The notes under the pieces are model-generated. The model worked only from the letters and a program-made list of their open reading frames with translations. It ran no database searches and had not been told where the DNA came from. Shown piece by piece: positions 58,859 to 64,000 of a stretch of 64,000 bases of DNA. Within the stretch, counting starts at the first letter, position 1, and each line of letters starts with the position of its first letter. This stretch comes from Blepharisma stoltei ATCC 30299 (Eukaryota > Protista > Ciliophora). The position numbers and the translations under genes were made by a program. The DNA lies in contig CBFDEM010000044.1 in the NCBI GenBank assembly GCA_965603825.1, forward strand, positions 1-64,000, read 5' to 3'.

Positions 58859-59563
58859 ATGTGTATTTTTACACAAAAGCCTGAGTTTTGCGAACACCCT
58901 GAGTGTAAGCAATTTTACGCTGTTTTTGCTGCAAGTCGCTTCCATTTCCCAACTGGTGAGGTGGTGCCTGGGATTTCAGAAATACTGGAATATCAAAACA
59001 CTGTCCTCAGTTCGTTATATAGCAATAACCTCCAGCTGGAACTGCTATTCGATAAGGTACTGAACGAGGCCAAAATTTTAAACTCCTATCTCTCGAATCC
59101 CCGGCATTCAGACTTGATCATCCCTGAATCGTGCAACCCAAGCCAAGCTTTTTCAATGCTGAGTTGAGATCTGGACTACCACTTGGCGCTTGAGTCTCAG
59201 TTGCCAGAAAATATTTATAAAGAGAGAGGATTCGCTATTTCAGTTTCCCTTCGAAATAGAAAGGACGAAATCTGTTTTTTGCCCACCCATTCAAGGTATA
59301 AGGTTTTTCTGTTCACAATGGACCAGCAGCCTCGGCAATTGACACTCAATATCTCTGGTAAACGAATTATCAGAGGAACAGTAGAAGCAGAAATGCAGGA
59401 CACTGGCATCGTAAATATGACGAATATTGTGATAAACGAGGTCAGTTCACACTACGCGAAAGAATCATTTTGTTTGGTTATAATGAGCACCAGCAGTTCT
59501 CAGGTCAAGCCGCTGCTAATTAAGGACCTCGCTGTGAAGGCTCGTAAAATGCTAAAAGAATAA
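58859..59563 (+). CDS. Hypothetical protein, 234 aa, with a possible beta-sandwich DNA-binding-like C-terminal domain
   Basis: Two ORFs in frame joined by UGA at 59165. Confidence 0.7.
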
Positions 59564-60313
59564 GTATGAAATATAGTAACATAATAGGGTCAGTAATTTC
59601 AAATATCAGTATCGAGGCCTATATATTTTGTTCAACTGAAATAAGTAATAGAGATAAAATGGATTAAATTAAATTCAAAATTTTTTTAAAATTTCTGACT
59701 AAATAAATTTTGAGAAAATCTAAACCTAATTAGGCTTTAATTTTGTATTCTGATGGGAGGAAATAATTAGGTTGCGGGTGAGCTGAATGCATAATGCCTA
59801 ATAAATGAGGAAGCATGGGAAAAAGAACCAGGAAAAAAATCCTTTTATGGTGTCAATGACTGACAAGAAAATCTGACGGATTTTTAAAGGAGTAGGTTTA
59901 AGGGCAATTGACTAGCAAATTTAGGAATTCAGGATAGCAGACACTTTTAGTAGATTTTGAATATTATGATTTGAGATCAAAATTTGCTTCAATAAAGAAT
60001 ATAGGAACTAGAGCTCTATAAAAAAAGATCTATAGGGCATTACGCAAAGGTATTAAGAAAGAATCATGCTGCCAGCAAAAATTCGGAGTTTAAATCATAT
60101 AAATATTAAACAAAAAATAGCTAAGATAATTTTGAAACTTAAAATTCTAGAAGGCATTGAGGCATAATATATTCCAGATGGGAAAAAATTAATTGAACTA
60201 TTATTGTCTTTATGATGCAATCCTAAACAGTAATAAAGTTTTTGATGTAATCTACTCTGTCTATTGTTGAAATTCAGCAGAAAATTGGGAATTCAATATG
60301 TTCTTGATATAAA

Positions 60314-63300
60314 ATGGCAGAAGAAGAAAATATTTCAGCATTGGAAACTTATATTCTTTCCTCAGATAAGCAGTCAGCTATAAAATCTTTTCCACCAACT
60401 TCTTCGTTTGGGCTATTTTTGAAAGCTAATCTTTTACTCAAAGAAGGCCAATCCAGCAGTTCAGAATACGAGGAAACATTAAAAGAGCTTAGAAAATCAG
60501 ATAAAAACCTTTATCTTACAATGACCACTAGACAAGATATAAAAGATCTTGATTTTATAGAAACAAAAGAAAAAATCAACGAAAAGATTGATGAAATCAG
60601 TTCAAAATTGATGGGATTTCAGTTTGATTATCCAGTTCCGATATCATCTGATATTAAAGAAAAGAAAGAATTTAATGCTCATTTGACCGAAAATTTATTT
60701 TCAGAAATTTTTGACAGCTCGATTTTATCTCATGCAATGCTCTCTGATTTAACTTCTCAAGGTAAATTGAAAATAAATACTGCGAAATTGAATCAGGAAT
60801 TATTCAAAGAATTATTAATTGACTGAAATTATTTATATGTTTTGCAAGGTGTTCCAGAAAAAATAGATGAATTGATAAAAGAAGACAATTTTCATTTCGT
60901 TCAATGCTTTACATGCATGAGCCTTCAGCAAATGGAAGATTTATTGAAAATAAATAAAAATATTATCAATAGCTCAGGGTTCGTTAAAGCATTTTTATAT
61001 AAAAAATACTTTTATAAGCTACAGAGTGATAATCTGGAAAATTATGAAATTTATAGTAGAGTCTGGGAAGAAATTAAAGATTTTCCTGAAAAATTAAATT
61101 CGCTAAAAACGGTCATACTTTTGTCTTTGCTGAATTTAGGGGTAAAATTTGGAATTTATGATGAAAATTTATTTAAAAAATATTTAGGGCTCCATAAGAA
61201 TGGTCAGATTTATAGCTCAAATAACGAAAATATAGATAAAAAAATAAGCAAATATGCAGATTTTGGTTATGATGATTGGAAAAATGATCAAGAATTGGTA
61301 GAAGAATATCTAGAGGAAATATTGAAGCAGAAAGAGAATGCTAATAAATATAAATCGTTTTTTGAAGAAAAATTTCTTAGAAGAACATTTGCAAAAATAA
61401 AAATTCAAACTGGAGTACCTCCATCAGAATTTGAAGACATCATTACTCAAAATGATCTAGCCTCTATTTCCTCTGAAATTGTGCTTGAGACATGTAAAGA
61501 CAATCCCACTTCTTTCCACAGAGATGAGCTTGTTAGATTCTCTATAAAAACTAAAAATATCCCAAAACTCCTCGTTAAAGTCCTCGAAATAAATACAAAA
61601 TTTTACTATCTTAAGCATAATTCCAAAATCCCTAATGATATTTGTTCAGAAGGCCTCATTGCAAAATACGAAAAAAATTATGAGTATTCAGAATCTCCAT
61701 TAATAAAAGCTAAGAGAATTTTAGAATTCCCAGAACTTAAAAATAAAATTGGATTATTTGTTATTGAACTAATAGGAAATGGAAGACATTCTAGAGCTAT
61801 TATAAGAAAAGGATCATTAAAATATGCATGAAAAATCACAGCCTCTGGGCAGCTCGTTATGATTTTAGATGAAGAAAATAAAATATGCAAGAATAATGGA
61901 GCAGGAGTTTATTTAGATGAAAGATTTTATTCTTGTGAAAATAAAGATGGGTGCGCGCTGTTGCCGTTCGCTAATGAAGAAAATATAAAAAATATTATTT
62001 TAACTGATGGAATCATTGCAGAACTCGTTGAAGGATTTTCACATTATACTGAATCTTATGAGTTAAAATCAGCTTTTTTCGTCCATGAAGAGCAATTATT
62101 AGTAGGAAATAAAGCCAAAATTTCAATTAAGCCAAACCTTTATGTAAATGGAGTAAAAACGTTCCTATCTTTATTAACTGACTGCAAAGCTGTTATAGAA
62201 ACAGTAGACTATGAAGGAATTTCTTCATCTAAAACTTATTCAGATTTTTCGCTTTTAGATGAGAATTCAATTATTAGCTTACAAATTCAAGTTCCACCAA
62301 GGTTAAAAAACGTTATGATATCTTTTACAGGGGAGGTAGAAAATTTAACAAAAAATAAAAAAATTCCTCTTGAATCAAATTTTTCAATTGATGTGAATAC
62401 TTACTTGGGCAATGATGCAATATATGGTGCTTATTTAAATCTTGGGAGTAATGGGTACCTAATAGAAATCAAAGGAAATAATGGAGAGCCCTGCTCAGAT
62501 GTGCAAGTTGAAGTAATTTTAGAGCATGATGATTGGCTTAGTACCAGATCAGAAATACTTAAAACTGATGAAATGGGGAAAATATATTTAGGAAAGCTGA
62601 CTGATATTACTAATTTATCTGCTAAGGTGAAGTTTCCAGAAAATGAACAAAATTTTAGCTGATATCTTGGTTTTTTTAAAAAAGCAATCCAATATCCAAG
62701 CATAATAAATTTATGTGAGGGGGATGAATTTGGAATTCCTGTGGATTTTACTATAGTTAACAGTAAAGAGATAACTTTGGTATTGGCTCATGATTCAACA
62801 ATAATTGATATTTTTAATCACAATTTGCAACTTGATTACGAAAATTCAGTAATTTGGCTTAAGAACATGACAGAAGGGACTTACGAATTGAAAATAAATT
62901 CATATACAATTAGTGTCCATGTGAGCCAGGGGATACATTGGGATAACAATCAATTTATTTTGTCAGAAAATTTAGTTATTCCGACTTATAACCAATATAA
63001 AACTTTAAAAATTAGCTCAACCTCTTTTGAAGAAAATAAGCTGAAAATAAAACTTGGAGGAGACACTGAAAATGCTTCAATTCATGCTCTTTTTTTCAAT
63101 TATTTATCAGAAAGTTTAATTCAACAATTAACTCAATTTATCTCTTTATATGAATTGCCATCTAGGCATTATCAAAATTTTTCTCAAGAAAAATCATACT
63201 ATATGCAAAGCAGAAAATTAGACGAAGAATATCAATATATCCTTGAGAGAAAATATCAGCCAAGATTTGTAGGGAATACTTTGCAAAAGCCACAATTGTT

Positions 63301-64000
63301 ATGTAAAAGAAATTTTATAGAAGATACTGTGACAGAAACTCAAAGAGCTGAAAAAGGCGAAAAGCTAAAGCATGCAAAACTTGGTACCTATATGCATAAC
63401 TCAAAAAGGAATTTAAATTCATGTGCATGTTCAGGAGGTAATTATGATAATTTTGGTCAAAATCTTGATTTTCTTGAGCATCCTGCTATTTGGGTATTTG
63501 ATGTTGATATCAATGAGGGTACAGCAGAAATCTTACTTGATAACTTTAACTATAGCCAAATTTGTGTTATTGCTACAAATGGAGAAGGGCTCTCATATGA
63601 AGTTTGCAGTGTCCCTAATCCTACCATTGGACTGAAAGATATGAGGCTGCAACAGTCTCTTGATTCTTCTAAGTGCATTTCAGAAAAAATTCAAAGCAAA
63701 GCAGTTTTAATTGGTGAGTCATTTAAAATCAATGACATCAATAGTACGAGCTATGAGATTATAGACTCCATAGAGAAACTATATAGGATTCAAAAAGAGC
63801 TTATTAAGCTGAATAAAAGCTTAATCAGCTATGAGAGCTGGGATTTTCTAGGAAAATGGGAAAGTTTATCATATGAAAAAAAGCTTGAAGTTTATGACAA
63901 ATTTGTTTCTCATGAGCTTAATATATTTATATATAAAAAGGACCCGAACTTTTTTAAAGAAATAATTGAACCTCATCTTAAATGCAAAATGGAAAAAGAT
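60314..64000 (+). CDS. Large uncharacterised protein (>1228 aa), 3' end outside the window
   Basis: One frame joined by UGA at 60824, 61829 and 62660. It appears open to base 64000 (spot-checked). Confidence 0.85.

Noticed and set aside
3974-64000. Reading the many split ORFs as pseudogenes or as selenoprotein genes
   Set aside because: The breaks are in-frame UGAs at conserved Trp sites across unrelated non-redox families, which points to codon reassignment.
2936-64000. tRNA, rRNA, transposase or TIR elements
   Set aside because: None recognisable by eye. Small ncRNAs cannot be excluded without a covariance-model search.

Overview
This is eukaryotic sequence: the left end of a ciliate chromosome, most likely macronuclear, from a heterotrich resembling Blepharisma. 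Three observations support this. (i) About 2.9 kb of (CCCTAACA)n telomere opens the window. (ii) UGA is read as Trp while UAA and UAG act as stops, so the supplied ORF track splits most genes. (iii) Two 15-nt GT..AG introns are visible. Re-read with UGA=Trp, the window holds about 22 tightly packed genes. These are a TTLL6-like glutamylase, a METTL13-C-like methyltransferase, two intact 909-aa kinesins, YJU2, an ENT transporter, an iGluR-like channel, MLH3, an RCC1/IQGAP-like fusion, three ALDHs, importin-5, a DsbA-fold protein, UAP1, a voltage-sensor cyclase homologue, an aquaporin, a patatin, UTP15, several hypothetical proteins and a large unknown gene running off the right end. A decayed REV3 fragment lies next to the telomere. 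A ~9.2-kb tandem duplication (6891-25266) has a 3-bp microhomology junction and reciprocal loss of kinesin copies. The most unusual proteins are the voltage-sensor cyclase, which has lost all four catalytic residues, the RCC1/IQGAP-like fusion, the ATD-less iGluR with altered ligand and gate motifs, and the MLH3 with a degenerate ATPase. All family calls come from motif recognition by eye; no database searches were run.
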